Of a stretch of DNA of 35,888 nt, positions 1-20,666 are shown one piece after another. The notes beneath the pieces were generated by a model. That model worked only from the letters and a program-made list of their open reading frames with translations. It was not told the origin of the DNA and did no database searches. Both the position numbers and the translations under genes were made by a program. Source of the stretch: Sphaeroforma arctica JP610 (Eukaryota); the NCBI RefSeq assembly GCF_001186125.1, contig NW_014040542.1:200099-235986 (forward strand), written 5' to 3'. How positions within the stretch are numbered: the stretch's first letter is position 1; each line of letters starts with the position of its first letter.

Positions 1-29
1 GTTAGTATAGTATATATATATAGTATAGT

Positions 30-38
30 NTGTGTGTG

Positions 39-128
<90 letters not shown>
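30..128. repeat. (TG)n microsatellite
   Basis: Near-perfect TG run with occasional extra T. It explains the VC-repeat ORFs at 32-316. Confidence 0.95.
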
Positions 129-130
<2 letters not shown>

Positions 131-346
131 TGTGGGATGAAGACTATACACCTAAGCATGCATTGGCAAATCTTAATAGCAGAGAGGCAAGTTTTTCTGC
201 ATGCAGCGCACTGGGTGTACACAGTATTATCAGGCGACACGTGCATCTCACGAACAGGCAGGTATGTAGGCGTCGGCAAACACCAAGTGAATATCAATTT
301 CTCTCATGATTCATAGAGTAAGCTGTGTTCGTCAGTCACTGTTCGT

Positions 347-347
<1 letters not shown>

Positions 348-374
<27 letters not shown>
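348..374. repeat. (CA)n microsatellite
   Basis: Perfect CA dinucleotide run. Confidence 0.9.
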
Positions 375-378
<4 letters not shown>

Positions 379-1219
379 ACTTACAAGGGCATCAGCCAGG
401 GTCGCATTGACGGGTTGATGTGTATCCTCATAAGTAATATGGTTTGTTCTAAATACGACGAGGCTATTTAGATTGTATTTTGTAAGCAGGGTCTAGATGC
501 GGATTGTGCTCAACGCTGTATATCATCCACGAGCAAATTGACTCTACCAAACCAGTGACACGTACATCGCAAATCAAATCCCGAGTATCTTTACATGTTC
601 ATAGCCTTTGTTTATAGATGCTCTATTCGAGAGGATTTCACACTAATATTGATATATTGTTGTTGTAGTACACCTCCCACACATTTTGTTTTTGTTTTTT
701 ATGTTTTGTCCAAAAACGGGAAACGACTTTCGCGCCAGATGGGGGACAATCAATCAAATTGAAACTCTACTCGAATATAAGCTTTTCTATATATATTCTA
801 AAAACCATAGCCTGTACAACCTAAATAAATAAAGAAGGCTATGATATAAAAACTCGATTTTTAATGTTCGTGTCTTTCTGGCCAACAAGCGTTTGATCTC
901 GTTCATTTCTACCAGCAAAGGTCAGCAAAGGTAAGGACAAGCATTCGCTGAGCGTGCTAAATTTTCCTGGATCTCGAGTGGGACGACCATGGTGGTTTTG
1001 TAACTCTCCACAAATTGCGCTCGCTGGTTGGGTTCGGTTCCACATGGTATGTAATTCAACCCGTTGTTTTTTTTTAATCCATTCTATATCATCACTAACG
1101 TTCTACTTAGTAATGCGGTTAGGGTACTCAGCCAAGTATTCAGCTTGTCACTGATCCAATCCTGCATTTTCAATAGGCACCGTATTCCCGGAGAAACACC
1201 CGGAGAAACACCAACCTAG

Positions 1220-7957
<6,738 letters not shown>

Positions 7958-8044
7958 CTTGCAAAGCTAGTATAGTAATAAGTATGGCTATTTATCTCGT
8001 CTATCTCATAAAGCCATTTAATCGAGAGCACGGATTTAAATGTA

Positions 8045-8075
<31 letters not shown>

Positions 8076-8320
8076 AAACTAAATACTACTGAGTGACAGC
8101 AGCGAGCGGTGGACCAGGGCACATTTGCGATTTGTGCTTTTGGGTTTTTGGCTTTTTCGCCACTGATCTATTTATATATTCACGTCTTTGTAGGCTTTGA
8201 TTGGTCGAAAAACTACTTTTCATTTTCTGCTCGATTTTCGATCTTTTCCATTTTTTTAAAATAAAGCCAAACTTGAAACTGGACCCTCTGAGGCTCTGAG
8301 TCTTTGTTTGTACTGTATTC

Positions 8321-8428
8321 CTCTACTCTACTCTACAGTCTACAGTCTACAGTCTACACTCACTCTACAGTCTACACTCACTCTACAGTCTACACTCACA
8401 CTACAGTCTACACTCACTCTACAGTCTA
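8321..8428. repeat. Short tandem repeat (CTACAGT and 18-bp CTCTACAGTCTACACTCA units)
   Basis: Directly visible tandem copies in the intergenic region between METAP2 and TSG101. Confidence 0.85.
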
Positions 8429-9648
8429 TTCTCTTTCTCTCTCTCCTGTTGTGTTGTGAGAGAGAGAAGAAATAAAATAATATGCCTGATCGAGTGATCG
8501 GACTGTTGGAAGCATTTGTGTTTATGTATATTTGATACTCTCTACTTCCTGCTCAACTATGTATGTTATACTTCTTTTTTTATTAATCGTTTGTAAATAT
8601 TGCGATCGTACAAAGGGCGTTTCTTGTTTATGGTCGTCGATATGGTATTGTAGCGTTGCTATTATATTACTGAAGTATACTCGCGCAAAATCTTATAACG
8701 CTGTTGATAAATTTGATGGACACAAGGTGTCGAATATTCACGTGCATAAAACGTACATATATTGAATATGCGTCAACCCTGGCCTCAATGGAAATAAAAT
8801 TCATAAACGCAACTACGGAGGATGGTATCCCTATCGTAATGAATTTAAGATTTGTGGGCTAATGATAAGCAGTCCCTCAGTCTGGAAAGTATGAATGAAT
8901 TGCTATGATCAATAATAGGTCACAATACTGGAATCTGGCGGTTATAAATCGGACCGAGGGAGGGATCCATATCATATATTATAAAGCATCGATCTCCATA
9001 TAAAGTTTCCCAATTCCCTTATAAGCTTCTTCAGCTCCTTATAATTTTATCATGTATGTCAAATATATTGCGACCCGTATTGAACTAAAGATCTCATCCG
9101 TGCCTTTTGCAGACCACTGACACCTGTGTTCAATACTTGAATTGAGAACTGTGCTTAAGAACGTAGCATGAAATGTTCTACTTTCTAGGTGTTCTGTAGC
9201 GTGAAGACGTGATATTGCAAGCTGGCTTAAGCGAATCTAGAGTCTGTGACCTGAGCGTCCACTCTATTGACGCAGGAATAAATGGGTTTCTTTTTATTCC
9301 AGCGTGCTTGTATAGAACACTAGTAGGGGCAGATATACGAGACACATGCTTGTATGCTGAAAGCGCACATCAGGTAACATAGGCTTTATAGCTTTGTTTT
9401 CAAAAAAAAAAACACTACACCCAAATCATGATATTTCATGTCATATCATGATATTTCACGATGAGAGGCCATAATATTTCAATTTTGTCAATAATATTAT
9501 GAAAAAGCGACGCTGAAATGCTCAATATGATTCCAGCAGAATTGAAGTTTATCTAAGCAATCAATCGATGAAATAGGCCATTTGAAGCCCACAGAGCGAA
9601 TGTTACAACGACTGTACACTACAGGAGCCCTTCTTTAGTGTGAGCATT

Positions 9649-10148
9649 ATGTTGAACCCACAGGATGCACAGTACGTGAACAGTCAGCTCCAGATGCTCG
9701 GGGTATGGGTTGTTATGCGATCATTTATATGAAGTATATGTGGCGTATGGGGTAAAATTTGATTAGCGATTGTCGCTATGAAGTACATATATGTTGTATA
9801 TGCCCAAATTAGTATAGTGCCAACACAATATTCACATGCAATTTTCCTCTTTTGAGTCGTCCGTGCGAGTATTGGATTTCTCTCATATGTACCTGGTTAA
9901 TACAAACATAGGTACAAGATCTGAGGAATGAATAATGTGCACGAGTGCTTACGTTTTTCTTGGGCAATTTGTTGTTCGAGCATTTACTTACTGCACAATA
10001 AGTGAATATAGATATCGGATTGTGCACCCTTTTAGCCCCGAACCTTCATCTGCATTAACGAAATAGGGAATGTTGACAAAAACATTGACGCATGCTTACA
10101 GACATACATCACGGACAGAGATGTCCAGCAGTATATACATATATGCGC

Positions 10149-10180
<32 letters not shown>

Positions 10181-10243
10181 CTGTGTCTGTGTCTGTGTGT
10201 CTGTGTCTGTATGTCTGTCTGTCTGTGTGTCTGTCCGTCTGTC

Positions 10244-10276
<33 letters not shown>

Positions 10277-10302
10277 CTATATATGTACTATATGTAAATG
10301 TA

Positions 10303-10353
<51 letters not shown>

Positions 10354-10377
10354 GTACACACATACAACACATGCATA

Positions 10378-10424
<47 letters not shown>

Positions 10425-10466
10425 ACACACATACAACACATGCATATATATATTTATCTCTATCTA

Positions 10467-10507
<41 letters not shown>

Positions 10508-10513
10508 TTATAC

Positions 10514-10558
<45 letters not shown>

Positions 10559-10697
10559 TAAATACATACACACATATATACATACAGTTATATATTTGTA
10601 GGAATGAATTTACCATTGTGTATATGTATTTATATGTGTGTGTGGGTTGTGTGTGTGTGTGTTGTATGTATGTACGTATATTTTGATGTATGTATGT

Positions 10698-10741
<44 letters not shown>

Positions 10742-13700
10742 TTATATAAGTGTGTGTGTCTGTGTCTGTGCGTGTTTCTGTTTGAATTTTTTTTATGTAT
10801 GGTTGAGGGTGTGGGGCATGTATATGCGTATGTGTATGTGTGGAATATATGTATCTACGTATGTATGTATGTAAATGTATATTTGTATGTGTGTGTGTAT
10901 ATACGTTTATGTTTCTGTTAATGTGTAGTTGGAGGTGTATGTGTGTATACGTTTATGTTTCTATTAATGTGTAGTTGGAGGTGTATGTGTGTATGAGTAC
11001 ATGTCTGTTGCTCGCGCATCGCTGCTCAAATATGTATCTGCTGTCTGAGCGAACTACGTCCTGTGTAATACAATCCTCTATCTGCTGTCATCACTAATTG
11101 ATTCTTTTGTCTCTTCTACAGTATAAAAACCATCGAGATGTAAGTGATGATGTTTGCCGCACACTGACTGAATACCCGAGTCTCAAACCGAAGACAGAAC
11201 TTTACACCACAAACGATGGCCGAAGTAGACAACTGCTAAACTTATCAGGTAGGTTTGGACAAGTCTGTTGTGTCCAGGCACTACATACTGAAAGCTTGAA
11301 TTGTTCCTGTGTTGTACATAGACTATATATTTATACTTGCTCTGCTTTGATTGGTGTTTTTGGCATTACAGCCTTGTGCTAAATGCTGCTGTATTTTTTT
11401 TCTAGTCAAACTTAAGAACCCTCCATAGGCGGAAACAACAATAGTATGTTACTAGAAATCCCTATAGTCGTCGGACATATAGTGCATGATAATATGTTTT
11501 ACATTAAGTGCATCTTGTGTAGTATCACAATCTAATAAAAATTATCTAATCCGCTCGAACGCACCCAACAGGTACTCTGCCCATCGACTATAGGGGGTCC
11601 AGGTATAATATCCCCGTGGTTGTCTGGTTATTAGATGTACATCCCGAGATCCCTCCGGTCGTATTTGTAGTACCTACAGCAAATATGTTGGTCAAAGCGG
11701 GTCAGCACGTGGACAACGACGGACTTGTATACCACCCATACCTGTCGTCCTGGGCGCGAGGGGTATGTCTATGAGCTGTGTGATTGTGCTTCAAATATCT
11801 GCAACGCCCCGGTTATGAGTCAAGCTTCATGAAAGCGATAAGTCTTAGCTATGATTGGCTTTTTTTATGTATCAAATAGATATCTTTACATAGATGTGTG
11901 GACATAATTAAACTTCGATATTAATTCAGATGCTTTGCTGGCAATATTCCCAGATCGCCAACATTGTTGCTTAGTTACTACGTCGAGTACTCTCAATACA
12001 AAACTTATCACCTCTTGTGAACCGCTAGTGCTCAATACCAATTGCTTTATTGCTGCTTGTTTATTTGGCTATTGCGAGCAGACGCTTGTTATTTTCGTTT
12101 TCTGTACAGTTGCATGATATATTCCGACTTTGCTCACTGCTATAGCCAGTTGCTTCTAACACCTGAAACTACACTATACTCTCATTGCCTGCAGAGTACG
12201 TTATCCGGACTGATGTACTACTGCCGAGAAGTTTTCAGCTTATCTCCGCCAGTTTACGCCCGGCCACAGAATCAACCCTCAGTACAAAGAAACCAATCAA
12301 TGCCCCCGAATCATGGTGGGTACGGAGGGGCAAGTAGCTACGCTGGTAAGAACGCAAAAGAAAATTTGTATCGCTTGCAAGTGTAGTATCTCGTACACTT
12401 GTCCTCGCGTACACCTGGGGGGGGGGCGGGCACAAATCAAGCTGCTGTTTGCACTCGAAAAAATGCTACTAGAAGCAGCATATCCATTCGATGTGTTTGT
12501 GGCCTTGAATAAGGCTAGTATTATAACACACATATTTTGTCAATTTCCGTTGAAGCTGGCCCTTGATGATTAGATTTTTTAACCTTCACCAGCAGCACAG
12601 CCTCCCGCCGGGTTTGCGGCACAACCACCTGGTGGCTTCGGGGGGTATGGCCCTCCCTCTAATTTCGGACCTCCAGCAAACTTTGGTAGAACGTTGTCGA
12701 CCAGCGAGATGGCTACCGGGTTTAAACCTCCCGGTATGTATGCATATTTCTCAACGAATCGTTTCCATGTCAAGGGAATAATTGATTCAGGATGTGGACT
12801 GTATTGAGTCTTGTGTAGCTACATGAGATTTAGTAGCACCCATTGCTTTCTAAAATGCATTCTGTTAGTCAACCGCCGTATAAGTTATTAACAGGGTATG
12901 CAGTGTTAGTGTGTATGGCGTGTGCGTTGTTAGTATAGTATGGCGAAGTGTGAGGAAGTACGTCGCTCAATCTCCTTCTCTAATTGTGTGTGAGGATGCA
13001 CGATCTCTCTGAAATGCTGATATCTTCCACTACGGGTGAAAATAATGGTAGGTAAGGAGTATATGGCTAGCGATGTGTTGTTGGGACACATCTTTTTTCA
13101 GTGGCCGTTTAGAAAAAAAATGACCTTTGATGAAAAAGTGCACTGTCGTCGCGATTCGGAACTAGGCGTTGATAACATGACATATGACGCTGGGGAGGCA
13201 TCCTATCTGTTTAAATGGCACTACTCGTTGGTACTCCCGCCGTACCTTTCAAATTGAATCATGTAGTGTATTACTTTTTATTAGGCACATTAAATTCTTA
13301 CACTTCACTGTAGCATCCATCACACCTCCAGCGATGCCGGTAAGACCTCCTGATATATACAGTGCAACGCAGCAACAACAGTCGGCACAACACAAGCAAC
13401 AGCCAAACGAGCAGAATGAGGTTGACAATGCGATACACGACGATGTCTTACTGATGTCTCTCAGGAGTGCCGTAGCTGATGTATGTGGTCAAGATATTTT
13501 TATCAGCAAGCTGCTATTATTATACATACATCGGCGCGTGAGAGAGAGTGAGTGAGAGTGAGAGGAAATTCGAGCATGACATCCTGATTATTTGTGCTTT
13601 GTTCTAATTTAGTTTATAAAATTTAACGAGTTCAGGAGTTTTGTAGCCCGTGTTTTTATTCAAAGAAAAATCCCTAATATTTCATGTGCTCAAACATCGT

Positions 13701-15300
13701 GCGCTCTGATTTACAGAGACTTTCGAGAGAAGTGCCGCTGATAGATTCGGAGAATAGTACAGTGATGAACCACGAACTGGAGAGTTCGTCTACTCTCTCG
13801 AGCAGTAGCAGAAAATTAGAGTCCATGCTTGAATATATTACGAGTGAAGAGGTATGACCAGTCATTTATTTATTTTAAATTGTCATTACCCATTGCTGTA
13901 GTGAATCCACTCGAAATCTCAAATCTCAAATCGCGTCTCCGTTCATGTGATTAGCATGTGATCCGCACTTGACATATCTTATATGCTTCAATTTTCGTGA
14001 TAATTTTTCAGTTTTTTGTTTGTGAGTCATATACCTATTTCACGCTTCTCAGCACATAATCTATCCCCGCAGAATCGATGATTGATCTCATAGCGCGTCC
14101 TTGAAATGAGACGACCTCTGTTTCTGCATTATATAACATGATATTGCTTTTATCTAAGCCTTTTCGTCCCCAATTCTGTACTGTCGTAGTATCGCATTGA
14201 CACACAGCTGAAAGAATACACGAGGAAAACTGCTGAAATAAAAAAGTCTCTAGTAACTATGAAAGAATCGGAGGGTGAGGAACAAGATCTCGAGTCAATG
14301 ACGAGACCCAAATATGCATTGTATAAGTAAGTGCATAACGCCAACGATGATTTACATGCTTAGATAGAAGTGATATTTGTTCAAGGTAGTGTCTGCGTAT
14401 CATCTGCGTTGCGCGTAGTTTACAGCTGGGCATGCACCAACCTTTAGAATTTATGAATGATTCGAATGACTTATTGGGAAGGGTGCTGTCTCCCTCATTT
14501 GCGAAGGTTAGGCACCATCGTTGAATGTTTTGCGCACGTTGACATAGTATTTATTACTCTCGTCTCGTCGCTCATGACCTTCATTGCGATGTTCCTCAGT
14601 CAATTAATAGATGCGGTGGCCAAGCATCACGCCGTTGAAGATGTGGTGTACTATCTCGGTAAGCGTTTGTACCGAAAAGATGCCGACGACGACATATTCA
14701 CACTGGACAAATATATGAAAGTAAGTTTATGAGTTAATTTGGTGTACGCTCAATCTTTCTGCGATACAGTAGTGTCTCATAGAAGTGTTCGTCATGTCGA
14801 CGTCGGTTCAATACGTCCAGTAAAATTCGATTCTGGCTATCCAGCTGTCGAGCGGTGTGCTTTCGTAGTCACTTAGGCGTGAACAAAACTACTGTATCTT
14901 TTATTGTGTTGCTATAGTTAAAAAGATAAAAATATATCTCAAACTTAAGTCTGCTACATGGCTGCACGGGGATATTATCGTCTTCTCTGTATCGGGTCTG
15001 TCCTGTTGCTTTAGTGTTGTCAGTTTCATCGACTGAGTGGTCGACGTAAATGTCGCTTGCTGTGTGATGTACGTCTCGAGTTGAGCTAGCGACTCATCGG
15101 GCGAAGTGATAAAAACGATGTGTGTTCTCCATCGTCTCTGTTACCATACTTTTCGAGCATTCGCCATTTGTACTAATAATATGTTGTTTTTACTCTATAT
15201 ACGAGTGTAGTACATTCGGCAGCTATTTCGCGAGGAATTCCATCACCGCTCCACGATTAAAGTGGCTAGGAAAGAGGCTGGCCTGCCAGAGTATATATAG
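9649..15300 (+). CDS. TSG101: ESCRT-I subunit TSG101/Vps23 (UEV domain, Pro-rich region, coiled coil, steadiness box), 10 exons, ~437 aa
   Basis: Phase-consistent GT-AG exons 9649-9702, 11122-11248, 11572-11762, 12195-12345, 12593-12733, 13314-13480, 13717-13851, 14190-14326, 14600-14720, 15211-15300 (1314 nt). UEV motifs YPSLKP...NDG...[25 protein letters not shown]...[12 protein letters not shown]...[16 protein letters not shown] and [10 protein letters not shown]. Also SLRSAVAD, and Vps23 core [22 protein letters not shown]...[16 protein letters not shown]...ARKEAGL. Confidence 0.93.
10135..10995. repeat. Compound (TA)n/(TG)n/(TGTC)n low-complexity tract in TSG101 intron 1
   Basis: Long dinucleotide runs plus a ~45-bp tandem duplication near 10900-10995. 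It explains the YI/CV ORFs. Confidence 0.95.
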
Positions 15301-16699
15301 TTGAGCTCAATCCATCCGTATGGCGCGGTTCTGTGGTTGCGGCTATAAATAACTACGAAAAGTAGCCATTCAGTTCAGGTTCACATGGAGCTCTAGCAAG
15401 AAACAATTTCAATGCGATTCGTAAGTCGTAACATGAAAATATATTCGGAGTTGCATTCATATACACCTTTTACCCTTAAAGGCAATCAGTTTCACATTTT
15501 TTAAATCCTTCATTTAATAAATAATGGATTAGTACACGCCACAATGAACCGATACAGGTAATTTGCAATGCCTCCGAAGAAATCCGACAAATCTATGGTT
15601 GTTGTATTTTTGGCTCACTATTCGTACGCTATATATCATGTACTGCAAACTTTTCGAGAATAAACAATATCTCTGCAACCGGGTTTTTGTATGACGTCCG
15701 CGCGGCATCGCTCTCTTTGATATATTTAAATTCATGTGATACCACTCGCCGCACAGTCGATAATTAGGTGCGATGTCTCGAAACCCACGTGCAGTTCAAT
15801 GGCAAATACCACGATCTCGATGTTGAAGTTACGTTGGTGGAACTGATCCTTTTGAGTAGACAGTCCGACATGATGCCGCTCCTGTCGCCTAAAGGAAGAG
15901 AATGAGCTATGTACATGATGCCGGAATACAATACAAGTGGTCTACACTACAGAACTTGCTGTATTCGCCTAGTATCCAATCGATCACAGTTTCTTTTAAA
16001 TTTTGAGAAGGACCAATTCAAATGGTCAGTTTGTCGTACACCATTTATAGATTGCTGCCCGTCGACAAAAGTATCTATCCTCAGACCCTTCAATCTCTAT
16101 TTTCGTAAGTCCATTTCAATCCTTTCTGTAGTTTAACATCTATAGGTTGCTGCGCTACTCAAATTTAGACACAAAACTACTTGCCCATAAATATAACTTG
16201 GTGTCACTGCTGACCATTTAGGGCGTAACCGCTGCGTGTATGTGTATCTCGACCACCGTCGCTTCTCATCAAGTGTTCGCGATACAAAATGAAAGCTCAC
16301 ACGCGACGCCTTTGGGTGATGACATTCGAGATAACTCTGGTAGCTGCGTCTGGGGCAAATGATTTAGACTGCTCAATTACATCAGGACTTTCCAGATGGT
16401 AGTCTCATCATCGCTTTTTTGGTGTCTTGAAACCGGAAAACTGCTATGCATATGAAGGTCACCGATGTAGTATATGCCGCGAAGGTGTAGCGTGAAAGTT
16501 TGACTGTCGATGACAACTTCCGAACAGTCAAAAAATATTGTGGCCTCTCACTCACTTTTAAATTGAATCGCCTATTCTCATATCATCGATGGTAAAACTT
16601 TCATGTCCACTCCAACACTGCATGGGGTAGAAAAATTGTCGCAATTCTTACAACTTACTCACGACGAATATCTCCGTCGTATATGTTCTGGGAGATCTT

Positions 16700-17300
16700 C
16701 TATTATTTATGTACAGGTCGGTCATATGGGACCGTCTTGTGCCTTAAAGAGCACTTGCTGCTGTGTCATTATTATATGACACTTGACACCAAAGAGCTGC
16801 AGTACTTTCTTATAGTCGACGTCTATTATAGTTTGTTAGGAGTTCTAGTGAGGGTTATTCTCCGAAATATATCATTTTGTTTTCCCTTACTAGCAAGTGA
16901 GATACTCATGTTAAAGAATATGTATCTTCCTCGTACTAACTGATTACCCACAGTTACACACTAGAGGACTGTCAGCTTGATTCAAGCATGACGTCCTTGA
17001 GGTTATAAGCATTGGATAAAATGGTGAAACTCGAGATACTCTCGAGTTATGACCATCAAAAGCCAATAAGGTTTAAAGTCACTTTTCTTTTTAAACGGAT
17101 TTTAGCTTATAGGCAAATACCGAATATTAGGCACAATATCTGTATGTAGCTAAAGTGCATAGTAAATAGGACAAAAGCTTTAATATATAGTGGAACAATG
17201 ACCTAAAGGGTCAGTTGTTTACAATTTAGTCTAAACATACTTGTAAGTATTTATTTATTACTTTACTTCTCGTATAAAATCGCACCTCTATGGTGTACCA
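16700..17300 (-). pseudogene. Possible degenerate pogo/Tigger-type (DDE_1) transposase fragment
   Basis: Minus-strand translation near 17072-16960 gives TLLAFDGHNSR...TSRTSCLNQAD, resembling the LLxxDGHxSH...LPxHTSHxLQPLD motifs. Many stops; boundaries are approximate. Confidence 0.35.
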
Positions 17301-19639
17301 GTCACGTTCGCTGCATCTGAAGAATCATATTCTATACTAAACTCGCTTGTGCATCAGACAACCTGGAATAGCTCCGTCTGTTGTGATTTAAATATGTTTG
17401 TACGTTAGTTTGAGTTGTCCGTTGTCTACTTTCATCTAGTTGTTCTCCCGAACGCTTGCACGTGGTTAAGATCCCTATCAATGATAGACACTTTTAGGTT
17501 GTTCCAAATTATAATACAGTTTCTTATCATCAAATAACTCGTCACGAAATTTATGAAAATATCTCACGTATGCTGCTGTTTAGATTCAACCGGAAAACTG
17601 GATTCCAAAGTGGATTGATATACTTGCTACTCCGATCTGTAGATGAGGGTATTTCAGAATTAACACTATTAAAAGTTGGTGCTAATATTTCTGGTTTTAC
17701 CTGCGAAGGTCATCCGATCTGAACCAGAACTCCAAAAATGCCCAAAGCGCAATATAATGTATGCATCACTCTAGAATCATAATGTGTGTTGGCGATGGCG
17801 AGCATAGGTGCGTCTAGTATAACGCAATTGCACCGAATCTCAAGGCCTGAAGAGATATCAGCACGATGGATGATCGCAGAGATAGTTTTTCATCGCAGTG
17901 TATGATAGCGATATTGCGGCCATACATTTTGCGACTTGCTAAAAGAAAATCAACACAATCGATTGATCTTCGCCCGTTTCACAAAGATCAGCCGGATGTC
18001 TCTGATGTGGCTCGTTCTATCCAAACATTGCCGATGAGGTAGATTTTGAAAAACTACATTAAGTTCTGAACTCAAAGTTGGCACGAACCCGGAGACTGTC
18101 GAACGGTTGCCGAACGGTTTCCTCGCTTACATTACTTGTATATTTGTAGTTTACTATGCTCCAGGAACTAAATCGATTTCGCCTTCACCTTGGTGGCAAA
18201 GCTGTAACGTATGTCACCCTAGGCTGCGAACGGTTATGGTCTATGATGGAATACGTCGTATACGTACAAAAATACTCGACGATGGTTGTTGATGACGTCG
18301 AAAAATTCTGATGGCCAAACATATCTGAGGTAGCACTTTTTTTCTCTTCTCATTCCATTTCATCAATTTATATACCCAGAACGAATCAAATATCAATTCG
18401 TAGAGAAGCCAAACTTGGTGTACCACCGACATACGATGTTGGTATGGGTCAATACTCACAACAACACAACCAGGTGTCCATGTCTGGTGATGGTTTGGGT
18501 TTGATGATGTTGTATGCGCCGCGAAAAGTCAATGGCAGTACCTGTAATAATTAGTGGACACAATTACATCAGAAACTGACAAGTATTATATTACGACTAA
18601 TAAATACTGTCATTTTTTAGACATAGCTTATTGCTTATTCTTGGGGGATGTATGAATATCAGCGCTTTAAGACGGTTCTATGATAGTGTTGTTTATTGAT
18701 TAATAGTCAGGCGGCCATAGTATATCTTCGCAGAGTCCCGAATGGATACAGAGTGGTATTTAGAGGGCTTGTCAGCACCATTATCCACGTAAAGCATTTA
18801 GTTGAGGCTATATCATCACGCCTAATTTAGTCTTGATATTCCTACTCTGTAGGTTACGGATAAGATCCGCATCGACATTGCTATTCAATTGACTTTATAG
18901 TTCGGTTCTTTCCGTACTGTTTCGCCTCGCATTATGGTTTGCCTGGCCTTATGATACCACATTATGTAAGTCACGCATCTCTTGCCGTTTTGTAGGTTGA
19001 GGATTAATGAGTTTATATATGATGCGACATAGTTGGGTATCAAGCTTGATAAGGGTCTTTAGCTCCAAAACATGAATGTAACTGAGGCATTTTCTGTCAA
19101 AATGATTCTACATACACGAAGACATTCGTAAACACAAACACATGGTGATAGAGGCGAATGGATACTTATTTGCCAATAGGTATTTATGAGTATTAATACC
19201 TGGGAGGAACATTTATGGAGGACATGAGTTGTTCGATCAATCTCATTCCGATTATTCTCATCCATGTCACCAGGTGCATCAATACACTTGCGATAAAATC
19301 CAAGAATAGGCACCTGGTCGACTAAAACTGGGACAATCAAGGCTCTGATAAATGGGTTTTGATATTCAGTGGGCAATGTAAAGGCAGTCGAGGTAAGAGT
19401 GGGCCGAGATGCTTTCGGCATAACTTACTGATACTGATGAACAATCCCATTAAGTGGTGAACAAGTTTTCACTTACGAAATAGAATCCAATGTCTAGCTC
19501 ATAATTCAAATAATCTCTAATGCTACACCTTTGTAGGAACATGCAAGAACAGTGTATCATAAATACATTTTCTGATTCTATCGTCCTGTTGAACACTCGT
19601 GGAAAAGTTGTGAACATAATTTCTCCAGATTAAGGACGA

Positions 19640-19990
19640 GATGGGATTTTTCTGCTAATACTCTTTTATAAGCACAAAGTAATACTCAACAGCTGAAGAT
19701 GTCCTTTTGAGTAATACAACCTGCTTTGAGGCTATATGTTGCAAGATACAGCTTCATACATCGTACAAGATATCGGGATTGTTCTTCAGTTCCAAAACAA
19801 TGACCTTAACATTTATTTTCTGCAATGTGACAATAATTAACTTCCAATGTGACCCTTTGATCCATCTCCCCGATTTGTAATAACCAGTTAACTCTTTTTA
19901 TTTCTAGGTCCATTTACCAATGTGGAAAAAAATTGACTCCGCCAGATTAGATACTTCTCTGCTTCAGATATGTCTTCTGCATCAATCAGC
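19640..19990 (-). pseudogene. Degenerate Ulp1/SENP-like (peptidase C48) protease domain
   Basis: Motifs in the correct order across frameshifts: SQFFSTL (~19938-19918), SHWKLIIV (His codon 19849-19847), TQKDIFSC*VLLCAY (Cys codon 19691-19689; the expected Gly is TGA). Confidence 0.55.
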
Positions 19991-20666
19991 CCTTTCCTCT
20001 TCTATTCTGTATATTCAATATCCTCTTGGCATCTTTAATATAGGTGGCGGAAACCGCTTTTTTGGCTTGGGGCGGTAAGGAAATTTGCTGGCCTTTGTTA
20101 CTTTCGACTTATTATTGCCTTAATCCGGCTTGATTTCGATCCGGCTAGTCATTCATCGCGGTTTGTGGCTAATTTTGCTCTTATTGGCGTACACGATGTA
20201 TGTATTTCAGCATGTTATACTCGGTGTTGTGGCGCTCCCGGCATTTCACTGCGGATTAGAAATTACGAAAAAATAATTGGACGCAGCAAGAGAAAAAGGG
20301 TTAAATTATAATTTTCAAGATTTATGAATGTATGACTCACTTAGCGGACGTTACCATTTTTCTGGCTATTGGTTTAGCATATGTATTATTAGAGAATGAG
20401 CTTGTGCACAATTGGTTTTACACTGTTTAGTAAAAACCTACCTGGAAGTATTTTGATGTCAAAGACACAATGATTAAATTCGCAAGAAACCCCAGATTCG
20501 TATTCTTTCTATATGATTTTAATGTCAATTCTAATTTTGATTATTGACTCATTTCTTTACCGGCAAAATCAATTGAGCGCTTGAAAATTAGACCATCTCT
20601 CTCTTTCTCATATTCCTCAATAGCTTGGCCTAGGTGTTATTAATGTATGCTACATCAAGGCTTCAT

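Noticed and set aside
32..316. Cys/Val-rich ORFs (also YI/CV-rich ORFs at 1966-2674, 7658-8082, 10032-10921, 27919-28430)
   Set aside because: They are translations of micro- or minisatellites that happen to lack stops.
12869..12895. Possible extra TSG101 micro-exon (QPPY)
   Set aside because: It has a stop in the required phase, and the flanking exons already join in frame without it.
18500..18550. Minus-strand ITGTAIDFSRRIQHH resembling a GIY-YIG endonuclease motif
   Set aside because: A single short motif with no upstream GIY element and no linked RT; insufficient evidence.
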